In this document: piece by piece, positions 1 through 13,160 of the stretch | Numbering within the stretch: position 1 is the stretch's first letter | Layout: every line of letters starts with the position of its first letter | Assembly: GCF_963921235.1 (NCBI RefSeq) | Contig: NC_086097.1 | Location: 182,654,001-182,718,000 of the forward strand | Source: Mobula hypostoma | Lineage: Eukaryota | Direction of reading: 5' to 3' | Length of the DNA: 64,000 bases | The notes under the pieces: generated by a model | Database searches by the model: none | What the model saw: only the letters and a program-made list of their open reading frames with translations | What the model was told of the DNA's origin: nothing | Translations under genes and position numbers: made by a program

Positions 1-1030
1 TACATGGCAACTTTGAGAGAACCCCAAGATCCCTCTGTTCCTCTGTACAGCAAAGAATTCTGCCATTAACCTTGTGCTCTGTCTTCAACTTTGACCTTTC
101 TAATTGAAACACTTCACACTTCTCTGAATTGAACTCCATTTATAGCTGCAGCTGTACACCAATGTGCTGTTGTAACCCACGACAACCTTTCACACAATCC
201 AAAACACCACTAATCTTTGTGTCATGTGCAAAAATAATAACCCCCTCCCCCCACTTCTTCATCGAAATTGTTTATAAAATTTACAAAGAGCAGGGGGTCC
301 CAGAATAAATTCTTGTGGAACATCCACTGGTTGCAGATCTCCAGGTAGAATGCACTCCCTCCACTATCACCCTCCGACTTCTGTGGGAAGGGCCGGAAGG
401 CCAGTCCTGAATCCATGCAGCCAAGTTTCCCTGGATTCCGTGCCTTCTGACTTTCCAAACGAGCCTACTATGAGGGAATGTCAAACGGCTTACTAACATC
501 CACATACACCACATCTGCTGCTCTGCCTTTGTTTTGTCAAATTGTTTTGTTACTTCCTTGAAAAATTCAATCAGGCTCGTGAAGCACGACCTGCCCCTCA
601 CAAAGACATGCTGACTGATGCTAATCACACTATGCTTTGCCAGAAGATCATAAATCCTGCCTCTCAGAATCCTCTCCAATCTATCGCCACTAATCACTGG
701 TCTAAATTCCCAGGGTTATCCCGATTACCTCTCTTCAACAAAGAGATAATATTTGCCACCCTCCAATCTTCTTGTACAACTCCTGTGGCCAGTGAGGACG
801 CAAAGATCATCACCAAAGACAGGGCAATCTCTTCTCTTGCTTCCTGTAGTAACCTGGGGCATATCCCATCCAGCCCCATGGAACTTTTTCAAAAGTTTCA
901 GCGTATCATCTTTCTTAACATCGACATGTTCCAGCATATCAGCCTGTTTTATGATGACCTCACTGATGAATACTGAAACTAAGTTAAGGCCTCCTCTACC
1001 TCCTCCAATTCCAGGCACATTTCCTCCTTT
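1..1030 (-). mobile_element. Decayed CR1 RT fragment in AOC1 copy 1 intron 4 (paralog at ~40797-41410)
   Basis: QHVFVRGRSCFTSLIEFF and GLDGICPRLLQEAREEI motifs. Confidence 0.75.
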
Positions 1031-1124
1031 GTTCCTGGTCGCACTCTCATCAAACAGTGGGGACATTATGAGGAGACATTCGCCCTCCACCCCCCACCGT
1101 TCCCCTCCAACCCTGGATGCCTAC

Positions 1125-1257
1125 CTGGTTGGTGATGTTCTCGTTGTTGTGAATGAATGTCTCGAAGCTGACATTGGGATCCCAGGGGTCGTTCTGCAGG
1201 TAGAGGCTACTGCTGCAACATTCATTCTCCCGGAATTTAGTGACAGCCAAGTGATAC
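1125..1257 (-). CDS. AOC1: AOC1 copy 1 exon 4 (133 nt; [44 protein letters not shown])
   Basis: Acceptor ttccag|G and donor CAG|GTAGGC, phases 2/0, in frame with exon 3. QNDPWDP motif. The final exon is not in the window. Confidence 0.93.
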
Positions 1258-1789
1258 CTGGAACAGGGAAGTCATCACTGGAGCAGAGAGCAAGGGTGAG
1301 TGGGGAGCTTCTCATAGGGCATGGGAGAGGGACAGGGGGCGGGAGGGATGGCAAGAGAGGGTGAGGAGCTAATATGTGAGAAAGGGAGGGAGAGTGAGAG
1401 AGGAAGGAAGAACAATTACTCACAGGGTGTAAGAGAGGGTCATGGAGGGAGATGGAGAGCAGAGGGGACGGAGATGGGGTGGCCAGGACTGGAAATACTT
1501 GCAGTATGTGAGAGTGTGAGGTGTGTGAGAGACAGTGGGCGGGAAAGAGAGTGAGGGTGGGGGCAGGGGAAGCGAGAAGGGTGTGGGGAGGGATGGAAGG
1601 AGAGATGAAAAATGAGTATTGACAGGGTATGAGGGAGGGAAAAGGGAGCAAACAAGATACGAGAGAGAGAAAGGTATGGCAGGAGGAGAGAAAGGAACAT
1701 AATGTCTGAGAGATGGAGGGAGAGAGAGTTTGAATAGGGTGAGGAGAGAAATGTGACAGAGAGAGGGAGAGTGTGAAGGAGACAGAAAG

Positions 1790-2990
1790 TGGGAGAGTGG
1801 GTGATATGAGGTGGGGTACCATGGTCCAGAAGGTGAGATCACATGGGATACAGGTGAGCAGCCAGTGCAATACAGAACTGCCTTGGTGGTTGTGGTCAGA
1901 GAGTACGGTGGAGAGTTGTTGTTCACACTGGACCAGGAGTGCGTCACAGGGACTGGTGCTGGTGCTGGCTCCACTGTTATCACATACGGTAATAACAATT
2001 TAGGTGAGAACGTAGGTAGCAAGGTCAGTAAGTTTGTGGATTGCATAGAAGACTGGCAAAGGTTACAGTGGTTTATACAATAGATCATAACTAGGAGAAA
2101 TTCTGCAGATGTTGAAAATCCAAAGCAACACACACAAGGTACTCAGCAGGTCAGGCAGCAACTATGGAGATTAATGAACAGTTGACGTTTTGGGGTGAGA
2201 CCCTTTTTCAGAACTGGAAAGGAAGGGGGAAGATGCCAGAATAAAAAGGTTGGGGGTGGCAAGGAGGATTGCTTGATCAATTGCAGATATGGGGGGAGGA
2301 AATGGCAGAGGGAGTTTAATCCAGGCATGTGTGAGGTGATGCACTTTGGGAGATCGAATGTAAGTGGACAGTACACTGTTAATGGCAGGACCCCTATTAG
2401 TGTTGATGTACAGAGGGATCTTGGGGTCCAAGTCCTTAGCTCCTTGAAAGTGTTAATAGGGTGGTGAAGAAGACGTAAGGCAATTAGTTGAGGAACAAGA
2501 GTTCAAGAGTTGGGAAGTTATTTTGTAGCATTATAAAACTCCAGTTAGACTGCACCTGGAGTATTCATCTCTGGCTGCCTCCTTACGGGAAGGCTGTGGA
2601 GAGGGTGCGGGAGAGGCTTACCAGGATGCTACGTAGATCAGAGCGCATGAGCTACAACAAGGAGTTGGACAAACTTGGGCTGTTTTCTACGGAGCAGCGC
2701 AGGCTGAGGTTTATAAAATTATGTGAGGCAGAGACAGAGCAGACAGCCAATGTTCTTCTCCGCAGGGTAGAAGTGCTGAAAAGAAGAGGGCATGTATTTA
2801 TGGTGAGAGGGGTAAGTTTGAAGAAAATGCTAGGGGCAAGATTTTTATTTTTAAAAACGGTGTAATGAGTGCCTAGGATGTGATGCACGGGATGGTGGTA
2901 GATGTAAATATAGTAGAGGCATCTGGATAGGCACATGAATGTGCAGGGAATGGATGCATATTGACACTGTGTCAGCAGAAGTCATTAGGT
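1790..2990 (+). mobile_element. Decayed CR1 3' fragment with small internal repeat insert (paralog at ~42580-43780)
   Basis: KVRSHGIQ, CEVMHFGRSN and LDKLGLFSTEQRRLR motifs. Confidence 0.65.
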
Positions 2991-3442
2991 GTCATTAGCT
3001 TTAATATTTTGGCACAACATTATAGGCTGAAGGGCTGTATTATTCTATGTGATACAGAATGGAAACAGGTCCTTTGGCCAACCTGGTCCATGCTGATCAA
3101 GGTTCCCATCTAATCTAGTCCCATTTCTGAACATTTCCTGTCAGTGTACCTGTGCGAGTGTCTTTTAAATGGAATTCTACCTGCATCTGGAAGCTCGTTC
3201 CACACCCCCACCACCGTCTGGATGAAGAATGTGCTCTCAGGTTCCTTTTAGATCTTTTACCTCTCACTATTTTGTGTGCCCTTGAGTTTTTGGTCAGTTT
3301 GGACTTGATAGGCAAAAGGGCGTGTTCCCTTACACTACACCCACACTCTGAGCTGGACTGGAGGGTCCTCCCATTGATCTCAGGTTTATGAAGTGTCTGA
3401 TGCCACACCTGGAATTTGCTCCTGATTGGTCAGTGACCTTAC

Positions 3443-3731
3443 CTTGCCCAGGTAATTGCCTTCTCCTCCTTCCAGTCCTGTGGCAGGACGCGGTCAGCCT
3501 GAGAGTTGATCTGGATGCGATAAGCCCGTGGGTGCTGCCACTTGTTCTGCTGTGTAGGGTTGTAGAAGACCAGATACCTGGGCAGCGGTTTGCGGAAAGC
3601 GAAGGCAGCTGACCGCTCACGTGCCCTCTGTACCCGGTCCAGTCGAGACTGCACAATGTGGTCCCCTGTCCTCCAAGGGTTGCTGATGTTCTCCAGCTTG
3701 ACCTCCAATGTTTCAAAGCTGTTGTGGGTTC
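3443..3731 (-). CDS. AOC1: AOC1 copy 1 exon 3 (289 nt; GTHNSFETLEVKLENISNPW...EEKAITWAR)
   Basis: Acceptor ccacag|GA (phase 1) and donor GCAAG|GTAAGG (phase 2). Joins exon 2 in frame, and the peptide matches AOC1 exon 3. Confidence 0.93.
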
Positions 3732-3734
3732 CTG

Positions 3735-6700
3735 TGGACCACAAGACCATAAGACATAGAAGCAGAATTAGGCCATTCAACTCAGAGTCTATTCTGCCAT
3801 TTCATCATTTATTATCCCTCTCATTCTCCTGCCTTATTTCCATAAGCTTTGACACCTTAATAATCAAGAACCTAGCAAGCTCAGCTTTAAATATATCCAA
3901 TAACTTGGCCCCCATAGCCATCTGTGGCAATGAATTCCACAGATTCACCATCTGGTGAAAGAAATTCCTCCTCTGTTCCAAGGGGACGTCCTTGTATTTT
4001 GAGGCTGTGGCCTCTGGTCCTCTGCTCTTCCCACTATAGGGAACATCCTCTCCACATACATTCTCAGTTTTAAACGATATTCTAGTCCTCTCAAAATGAA
4101 TGCTAAGACAGCATTTGCCTTCCTCACCACTGACTCAACCTATAAGTTAACCTTTAGGGGATCTTGCACAAGGACTCCCAAGACCCTTTGCATCTCTGGT
4201 ATCTAAATTTTCTCCCTTAGTCTACCCCTTTATTCCTTCTACCAAAGTGTACAGTATGACCATACACTTCCCTACAATGTACTTCATCTGCTACTTCTTT
4301 GCCTATTGTCATAATCTGTCTCAGTCCTTCCCTAGACTCCTTGCTTCTGCAACATTACCTGCCTCTCCATCTATCTATGTATCATCTGCAAATCTGGCCA
4401 CAAAGTCATCAATTTTGTCGTCCAAACTATTGACATATAATGTGAAAAGAAGCAGTCCCAATACTGACCCCTGTGGAACCTCACTAGTCACTGGCATCAA
4501 ACTAGAAAAAGCCCCCTTTATTCATAATCTCTGTCTCCTGCCAGTTAGCCAGTCTTCTATCCATTCCTGTAATACCATGGGCTCTATCTTGTTAAGCTTA
4601 CTTACGTGCAGCACCTTGTCAAAAGCCTTCTGAAAATCCAAGTAAACAACATCCACTGACTCTCCTTTGTCTACCTTGCCTGTCTGTTCCTCAAAGAATT
4701 TACAGATTTGTTCGGTAAAATTTGTCCTTAAGAAAACCCTGCCTTCAGGTGCCTCCAAGAATCCCGAAACCACATCCATAATAATGAACTCCAGTGTTTT
4801 TCCAAACACTGAAGTTAGGCTAACTGGGTTAGAATTTCAATTCTTCTGCCTCAATCCTTAAAGAGTCAAGTGACATTTGCAATTTTCCAGTTTTCCAGAA
4901 CTATTCCAGTATCTAGTAATTGTTGAAATATCATTATTAATGCCTCCACAATCTTTTCAGTTACCTCTTTCAGAACCCTGGGGTGCAGACCATATGGTCC
5001 AGGTGACTTATCTAACTTCAGAATTTTCAGATTTCCCACACCTTCTCCTTAATAATAGCAGCTACACTCACTTATATCCCGTGACACTCTAAGTTCTGGC
5101 ACGCTGCTGATGTCTTCCACTGTAGAAGACTGATGGAAAAATACTGATTAATTTCATCCACCGTTTCCTTGACCCACATTTCTCTCTCTCTAGCATCTTT
5201 TTCCAGTGGTCCGATCTCCATTCATGCCTCTTTTACTCTTATACTGTACATCTGAAAGAAAGCTTCTGGTGTCCTCTTTTATATTATTGGCTAGCCTATA
5301 TAATCATATAACATATAACCATTACAGCACAGAAACAGGCCATCTCGGCCCTTCTAGTCCATGCTGAACTCTTACTCTCACCTAGTCCTACCGACCTGCA
5401 CTCAGCCCATAACCCTCCATTCCTTTCCTGTCCGTATATCTATCCAATTTAACTTTAAACGACAACATCGAACCTGCCTCAACCACTTCTGCTGGAAGCT
5501 CATTCCACACAGCTACCACTCTTTGAGTAAAGAAGTTCCCCCTCATGTTACTCCTAAACTTTTGCCCTTTAACTCTCAACTCATGTCCTCTTGTTTGAAT
5601 CTCCCCCACCCTCAATGGAAAAAGCCTATCCACATCAACTCTATCTATCCCCCTCATAATTTTAAATACCTCTATCAAGTCCCCCCTCAACCTTCTACGC
5701 TGCAAAGAATAAAGACCCAACTTGTTCAACCTTTCTCTGTAATTTAGGAGATTAAACCCAGGTAACATTCTAGTAAATCTTCTCTGTACACTCTCAATTT
5801 TGTTGACATCTTTCCTATAACTCGGTGACGAGAACTGTACACAATACTCCAAATTTGGCCTTACCAATGCCTTGTACAATTTCAACATTACATCCCCACT
5901 CCTCTACTCAATGCTCTGATTTATAAAGGCCAGCATACTGAAAGCTTTCTTCACCACCCTATCCACATGAGATTCCACCTTCAGTGAACTATGCACCATT
6001 ATTCCCAGATCCCTCTGTTCTACAGCATTCTTCAATGCCCTACCATTTACCATGTATGTCCTATTTTGATTAGTCCTACCAAAATGTAGCACCTCACATT
6101 TATCAGCATTAAACTCCATCTGCCATCTTTCAGCCCACTCTTTTAACTGGCCTAAATCTCTCTGCAAGCTTTGAAAACCTACTTCATTATCCACAACCCC
6201 ACCTATTTTAGTATCATCTGCATACTTACCAATCCAATTTACTACCCCATCATCCAGATCATTAATATATATGACAAATAACATTGGACCCAGTACAGAT
6301 CCCTGAGGCACACTGCTACACACCGTCCTCCAATCTGACACACAGGTATCCACCACTACTCTCTGGCATCTCCCATCCATCCACTGCTGAATCCATTTTA
6401 CTACTTCAATATTAATACCTAACGATTGAACCTTCCTAACTAACCTTCTGTGTGGAACCTTGTCAAAGGCCTTACTGAAGTCCATATAGACGACATCCAC
6501 CGCTTTACCCTTGTCAACTTTCCTAGTAACCTCTTCAAAAAATTCAATAAGATTTGTCAAACATGACCTTCCACGCACAAATCCATGTTGACTGTTCCTA
6601 ATCAGACCTTGTCTATCCAGATAATTATACATACCATCTCTAAGAATACTTTCCATCAACTTTACCCGCCACTGACATCAAACTCACAGGCTGATAATTG

Positions 6701-9700
6701 CTAGGTTTACTCTTAGAACCCTTTTTAAACAATGGAACAATATGAGCAATATGCCAATCCTCCGGCACCATCCCTGTTTCTAATGACATTTGAAATATTT
6801 CTGTCAGAGCCCCTGCTATTTCTACACTAACCTCCCTCAAGGGCCTAGGGAATATCCTGTCAGAACCTGGAGACTTATCCACATTTATATTCCTTAAAAG
6901 CGCCAGTACTTCCTCTTCTTTAATCATCATAGTTTCCATAATTACCCAACTTGTTTCCCTTGCCTTACACAATTCAATATCCTTCTCCTTAGTGAATACT
7001 GAAGAAAAGAAATTGTTCAAAATCTCCCCCATCTCTTTTGGCTCCGCACATAGCCGTCCACTGTGATTCTCTAAGGGACCAATTTTATCCCTCACTATCC
7101 TTTTGCTATTAATATAACTGTAGAAACCCTTTGGATTTATTTTCACCTTACTTGCCAAAGCAACCTCATATCTTCTTTTAGCTTTTCTAATTCCTTAAGA
7201 TTCTTTTTACATTCTTTATATTCCTTGAGCACCTCATTTACTCCAAGCTGCCTATATTTATTGTAGATCGCTCTCTTTTTCCGAACCAAGTTTCCAATAT
7301 CCCTTGAAAACCATGGCTGTCTCAAACTTTTAACCTTTCCTTTCAACCTAACAGGAACATAAAGATTCTGTACCCTCAAAATTTCACCTTTAAATGACCT
7401 CCATTTCTCTGTTACATCCTTCCCATAAAACAAATTGTCCCAATCCACTCCTTCTAAATCCTTTCGCATCTCCTCGAAGTTAGCCTTTCTCCAATCAAAA
7501 ATCTCAACCCTGGGTCCAGTCCCATCCTTCTGCATAATTATATTGAAACTAATGGCATTGTGATCACTGGACCCGAAGTGCTCCCCAACACGCACCTCTG
7601 TCACCTGACCTAACTCATTCCCTAACAGGAGGTCCAACACTGCCTCTTCTCTAGTTGGTACCTCTATGTATTGCTGCTAAGAACCATCTTGCACACATTT
7701 TACAAACTCCAAACCATCCAGCCCTTTTACAGAATGGGTTTCCCAGTCTATGTGTGGAAAATTAAAATCTCTCACAATCACAGCCTTGTGCTTACTACAA
7801 TTATCTGTTATCTCCTTACAAATTTGCTCCTCCAATTCTCGCTCCCCATTAGGTGGTCTATAATACACCCCTATAAATGTTACTACACCTTTCCCATTCC
7901 TCAATTCCACCCAAATAGCCTCCCTAGACAAGTCCTCTAATCTATCCTGCCAAAGCACCGCTGTAATATTTTCTCTGACAAGCAATGCAACACCTCCCCT
8001 CTTGCCCTTCTGATTCTATCACACCTGAAGCAACAAAATCCAGGAATATTTAGTTGCCAATCACACCCCTCCTGCAACCATGTTTCACTAATAGCTACAT
8101 CATCATATTTCCAGGTATCAATCCATGCTCTAAGCTCATTCACCTTTCTTACAATGGTCCTAGCATTAAAATAGATGCATTTAAGAAACTCTCCACCTCT
8201 TACTCTCTGTTTATCCCTAATGGTGCAAACAACTTTGTTATCTTTTTCTTCCTTCTCCCCTACATCTTCGGTCTGAGGGCTCCCGTTCTCTATCCGCTGC
8301 CTATCCTCCCTCTACACTGTCTACTAGCTTTCTCTATTTGTGAACTAACCTCCTCTCCCCTAGTCTCTTCAATTTGATTCCCACCCCCAACCATTCTAGT
8401 TTAAAGTCTCCCCAGTAGCCTTTGCAAATCTCCCCGCCAGGATATTGGTTCCCCAAGGATTCAAGTGTAACCCATCCTTTTTGTACAGGTCACACCTGCG
8501 CCAAAAGAGGTCCCAATGATCCAGAAACTTGAATCCCTATCCCCTACTCCAGTCCCTCAGCCACGCATTTATCCTCCACCTCATTCCATTCCTCACTGTC
8601 GCGTGGCACAGGCAGTAATCCCAGGATTACTACCTTTGCGTTCCTTCTTCTCAACTCCCTTCCTAACTCCCTATATTCTCCTTTCAGGACCTCTTCCCTT
8701 TTCCTACCTATGTAATTGGTAACTATATGTACCACAACCTCTGGCTCCTCACCCTCCCACTTCAGGATATCTTGGACGCGATCAGAAACTTCCTGGACCC
8801 TGGCACCAGGGAGGCAAACTACCATCCGGGTCTCCTGACTGCATCCACAGAATTGCCTATCTGACCTCCTAACTATCGAGTCCCCTATTACTACTGCCGT
8901 CCTCTTCCTTTCCCTACCCTTCTGAGCTACAGGGCCGGACTCTGTGCCAGAGGCACGGCCGCTGTTGCTTCCCCCAGGTAAAATATCCTCCCCAACAGTA
9001 CTCAAACAGGAGTACTTATTGTCAAGGGGCATAGCCACTGGGGTACTCTCTAGTACCTGACTCTTCCCCTTCCCCCTCCTAACCATGACCCACTTGTCTG
9101 CCTCCGGTGACCACCTACCTGTAACTCCTCTCTATCAACTCCTCACTCTCCCTGACCAGACGAAGGTCATCGAGCTGCAGCTCCAGCTCCCTAACGCGGC
9201 CCCGTAGGTGCTGGAGCTCGGATCGCCTGGCGCAGATGTGAACATCTGGGAGGCTAGGAGATTCCAGGACCTCCCACATCTGACACTGAGAACAACAAGC
9301 TGCCCTCACACTCATATTTCCCCCTTTCCTCAAATAACGGAAAATTGAAGAAAACAGCCTACCTTTATATTTCATCTTTTCTCTCATTATGGTTTTTTTA
9401 GTTGCCTTCTGTTAGTTTTTAAAAGCCTCCCAAATCCTCCAACTTCCACCAATTTTTGCCATATTATATGTCTGCATTTTTTCTTCTGTGCTGTTGTTGA
9501 CTTCCCTTGTCAGCTACAGTTGCCTTATCCTACTCTTAAAATATTTCTTCATCTTTGAGATGTATCTATCCTGCACCTTCTGAATTGCTCCTGCAAGCTT
9601 CAGCCACTGCTGTTCTGCGGTCATCCCTGCACGTGCCCCGTTCCAATCAACTTTGGGCAGCTCCTCATGCCTCTGTAATTCCCTTTACTCCACTGGAAAA

Positions 9701-9940
9701 CTGATACATCTTACTTTATCTTGACCCTCTCAAACTGCAGGATGAAATTGATAATATTTTGATGACTATCTCCTAAGGGTTTATTTACCTTAGGCTCTCT
9801 AATCAGATCTTGTTCAATACACAACACCCAATCCAGAATTGCCTTTTCCTGACTGGGCTCAACCACAAGCTCCTCCAAAAAGCCATCTTGTAGCTATTCT
9901 ACAAATTCCCTCTCTAGGGATCCAGCATCACCCTGATTTT
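3735..9940 (-). mobile_element. Older decayed CR1 LINE (3735-5298 and 9356-~9940), split by the younger CR1
   Basis: RT fragments (VDVVYLDFQKAFDKV) and an AAGACCAT-type tail at 3735-3760. The uninterrupted counterpart is at ~45270-47320. Confidence 0.75.
5299..9355 (-). mobile_element. Near-full-length CR1-clade LINE (disrupted ORF1 Zn/leucine-zipper + SGNH esterase; ORF2 APE endonuclease + RT)
   Basis: ORF1 fragments CSQCQMW..LQHLRGRVRELELQL and VVIGDSIVR. ORF2 fragments ISETWL, GVYYRPP, SSDHNAI, YMDFSKAFDKV, PQGSVLGP, YADD. TTATATG-type 3' tail. TSD AGCCTA at 5293-5298 and 9356-9361. Confidence 0.92.
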
Positions 9941-10157
9941 CCAAATTTAACTGGGCTTCTGGGAGGATCTGGGACCCAGCGCATGCCAAGGAAGTGGGAA
10001 TCTAGATCACCAGGGTTGTGAGGGGCTCCCCAAAACAAATACAGCCCCCCCAAATGCTCATCAAATCCCATAAAATGCCTTAAACCTCCAACAGCCTGCA
10101 AAAAGGATAATAAGGTCCCAATGAGTGAGCAGGGTGGCAGGGGCTGTGCCAAGTGAC

Positions 10158-12642
10158 TGTCACACTGCCAGAGTGGTGGGACTGAGGGAGAGTCACACTG
10201 TTGGAAGGGTGTACTGAGGGAGTCACACTGTGGGAGTGGTGTACTGAGGGAGAGTCACACTGTGGGAGTGGTGTACTGAGGGAGAGTCACACTGTTGGAA
10301 GGGTGTACTGAGGGAGAGTCACACTGTTGGAGGGGTGTACTGAGGGAGTGTCACACTGTTGGATGGGTGGGACTGAGGGAGAGTCACACTGTTGGAGTGG
10401 TGGTACTGAGGGAGAGTCACACTGTGGGAGTGGTGTACTGAGGGAGAGTCACACTGTTGGAAGGGTGTAACTGAGGGAGAGTCACACTGTTGGAGTGGTG
10501 GTACTGAGGGAGAGTCACACTGTGGGAGTGGTGGTACTGAGGGAGAGTCACACTGTGGGAGCGGTGTACTGAGGGAGAGTCACACTGTTGGAAGGGTGTA
10601 CTGAGGGAGAGTCACACTGTTGGAGGGGTGTAATGAGGGAGTGTCACACTGTTGGAGGGGTGGGACTGAGGGAGAGTCACACTGGTGGTACTGAGGGAGA
10701 GTCACACTGTGGGAGTGGTGTACTGAAGGAGAGTCACACTGTTGGAAGGGTGTACTGAGGGAGAGTCACACTGTTGGAAGGGTGTACTGAGGGAGAGTCA
10801 CACTGTTGGAGGGGTGTACTGAGGGAGTGTCACACTGTTGGATGGGTGGGACTGAGGGAGAGTCACACTGTTGGAGTGGTGGTACTGAGGGAGAGTCACA
10901 CTGTGGGAGTGGTGTACTGAGGGAGAGTCACACTGTGGGAGTGGTGTACTGAGGGAGAGTCACACTGTTGGAAGGGTGTAACTGAGGGAGAGTCACACTG
11001 TTGGAGTGGTGGTACTGGGGAGAGTCACACTGTGGGAGTGGTGTACTGAGGGAGAGTCACACTGTGGGAGTGGTGTACTGAGGGAGAGTCACACTGTTGG
11101 AGGGGTGTACTGAGGAAGTGTCACACTGTTGGAGGGGTGGGACTGAGGGAGTGTCACACTGTTGGAGTGGTGGTACTGAGGGAGAGTCACACTGTGGGAG
11201 TGGTGTACTGAGGGAGAGTCACACTGTTGGAAGGGTGTAACTGAGGGAGAGTCACACTGTTGGAGTGGTGGTACTGAGGGAGAGTCACACTGTGGGAGTG
11301 GTGGTACTGAGGGAGAGTCACACTGTGGGAGTGGTGTACTGAGGGAGAGTCACACTGTTGGAAGGGTGTACTGAGGGAGAGTCACACTGTTGGAGGGGTG
11401 TAATGAGGGAGTGTCACACTGTTGGAGGGGTGGGACTGAGGGAGAGTCACACTGGTGGTACTGAGGGAGAGTCACACTGTGGGAGTGGTGTACTGAGGGA
11501 GAGTCACACTGTTGGAAGGGTGTACTGAGGGAGAGTCACACTGTTGGAAGGGTGTACTGAGGGAGTGTCACACTGTTGGAGGGGTGTAACTGAGGGAGAG
11601 TCACACTGTTGGGTGTACTGAGGGAGCGTCAGACTGTTGGGGTGGTACTGAGGGAGAATCACACTGTTAGGGCGGTACTGAGGGAGAGTCACACTGTTGG
11701 AAGGGTGTACTGAGGGAGAGTCACACTGTTGGAGGGGTGTAATGAGGGAGTGTCACACTGTTGGAGGGGTGGGACTGAGGGAGAGTCACACTGGTGGTAC
11801 TGAGGGAGAGTCACACTGTGGGAGTGGTGTACTGAGGGAGAGTCACACTGTTGAAGGGGTGTAACTGAGGGAGAGTCACACTGTTGGAGGGACGGTACTG
11901 AGGGAGAGTCACTGTTGGAGGTGTGTACTGAGGGAGTGTCACAGTGTTGGAGTGGTGTACTGAGGGAGAGTCACACTGTTGGAGGGACGGTACTGAGGGA
12001 GTGTCACAGTGTTGGATGGGCGGTACTGAGGGAGAGTCACACTGTTGGAGTGGTGTACTGAGGGAGCGTCACACTGTTGGGGCGGTACTGAGGGAGAGTC
12101 ACACTGTTGGAAGTGTGTACTGAGGGAGAGTCACACTGTTGGAGGGGTGTAACTGAGAGAGAGTCACACTGTTGGAGTGGTGGTACTGAGGGAGAGTCAC
12201 ACTGTTGGAAGGACGGTACTGAGGGAGAGTCACACTGTTGGAGGGGTGTACTGAGGGAGTGTCACAGTGTTGGAGTGGTGTACTGAGGGAGAGTCACACT
12301 GTTGGATGGGCGGTACTGAGGGAGGGTCACACTGTTGGAGTGTTGGTACTGAGGGAGGGTCACACTGTTGGAGTGGTGTACTGAGGGAGAGTCACAGTGT
12401 TGGAGTGTTGGTACTGAGGGAGTGTCACAGTGTTGGAGTGGTGTACTGAGGGAGGGTCACACTGTTGGAGTGTTGGTACTGAGGGAGTGTCACAGTGTTG
12501 GAGTGGTGTACTGAGGGAGAGTCACACTGTTGGATGGGCGGTACTGAGGGAGGGTCACACTGTTGGAGTGTTGGTACTGAGGGAGGGTCACACTGTTGGA
12601 GTGGTGTACTGAGGGAGAGTCACAGTGTTGGATGGGCGGTAT
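10158..12642 (+). repeat. ~32-33 bp minisatellite (ACTGAGGGAGAGTCACACTGTTGGAGTGGTGGT), ~2.5 kb, in AOC1 copy 1 intron 2
   Basis: Direct tandem units are visible: conserved ~24 nt core plus a variable G-rich linker. Confidence 0.97.
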
Positions 12643-13160
12643 TTGGAAATTGTTGCATCCACTCCTGGATCAGTGAACTGCTGGGCTCGTCCTCATGGTG
12701 TGTGGGGTATCGATAGACAATCACCGGTCACGGGTGCTGGGACAGGCTCCCTCCCAGGGGAGGTGTCTCTCACCAGCTCGTCCCCACTGACTCAGTTCCA
12801 GTTCCAAGTACCAGTACAGTTCCTGGAGCCAGTGCGATTGAGCAGAAACCACAGTGCACAGGGCTCACGGACCAGTGGGCTCTGGGCTGGAGGAGGGGTA
12901 AACTCAGGAAGTGAACTGTATGGAGAATGTGTAGGGTTGGGGGCTTAGGGGCAGTTGAGGCATTATTGGTGTGGGGATTGTTCGGGAGTGCTGCGGCAGA
13001 GACATCTCAGACAGGGAGGACTGGGCCTGAGTTGAATGGTGTGGGGAAGGGCATATATGGGGCAGGAAAGTGTTTGTGGGTGAGAGATGTGTGGGAAGGT
13101 GTCTTTGGAGGACAAAGTGTATGGGGGTGAGTGATGAGGGATGTGCTGGTGCCCACCCAC

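Noticed and set aside
1121..2133. Long Pro/Ser/Leu-rich ORFs (also 41748-42919)
   Set aside because: Artefacts of the polypurine/polypyrimidine tract and LINE debris.
12904..13160. Last ~85 aa of the 601 aa ORF (GWAPAHPSS...)
   Set aside because: Intron read-through past the GT donor at 13160. AOC1 homology continues in exon 3.
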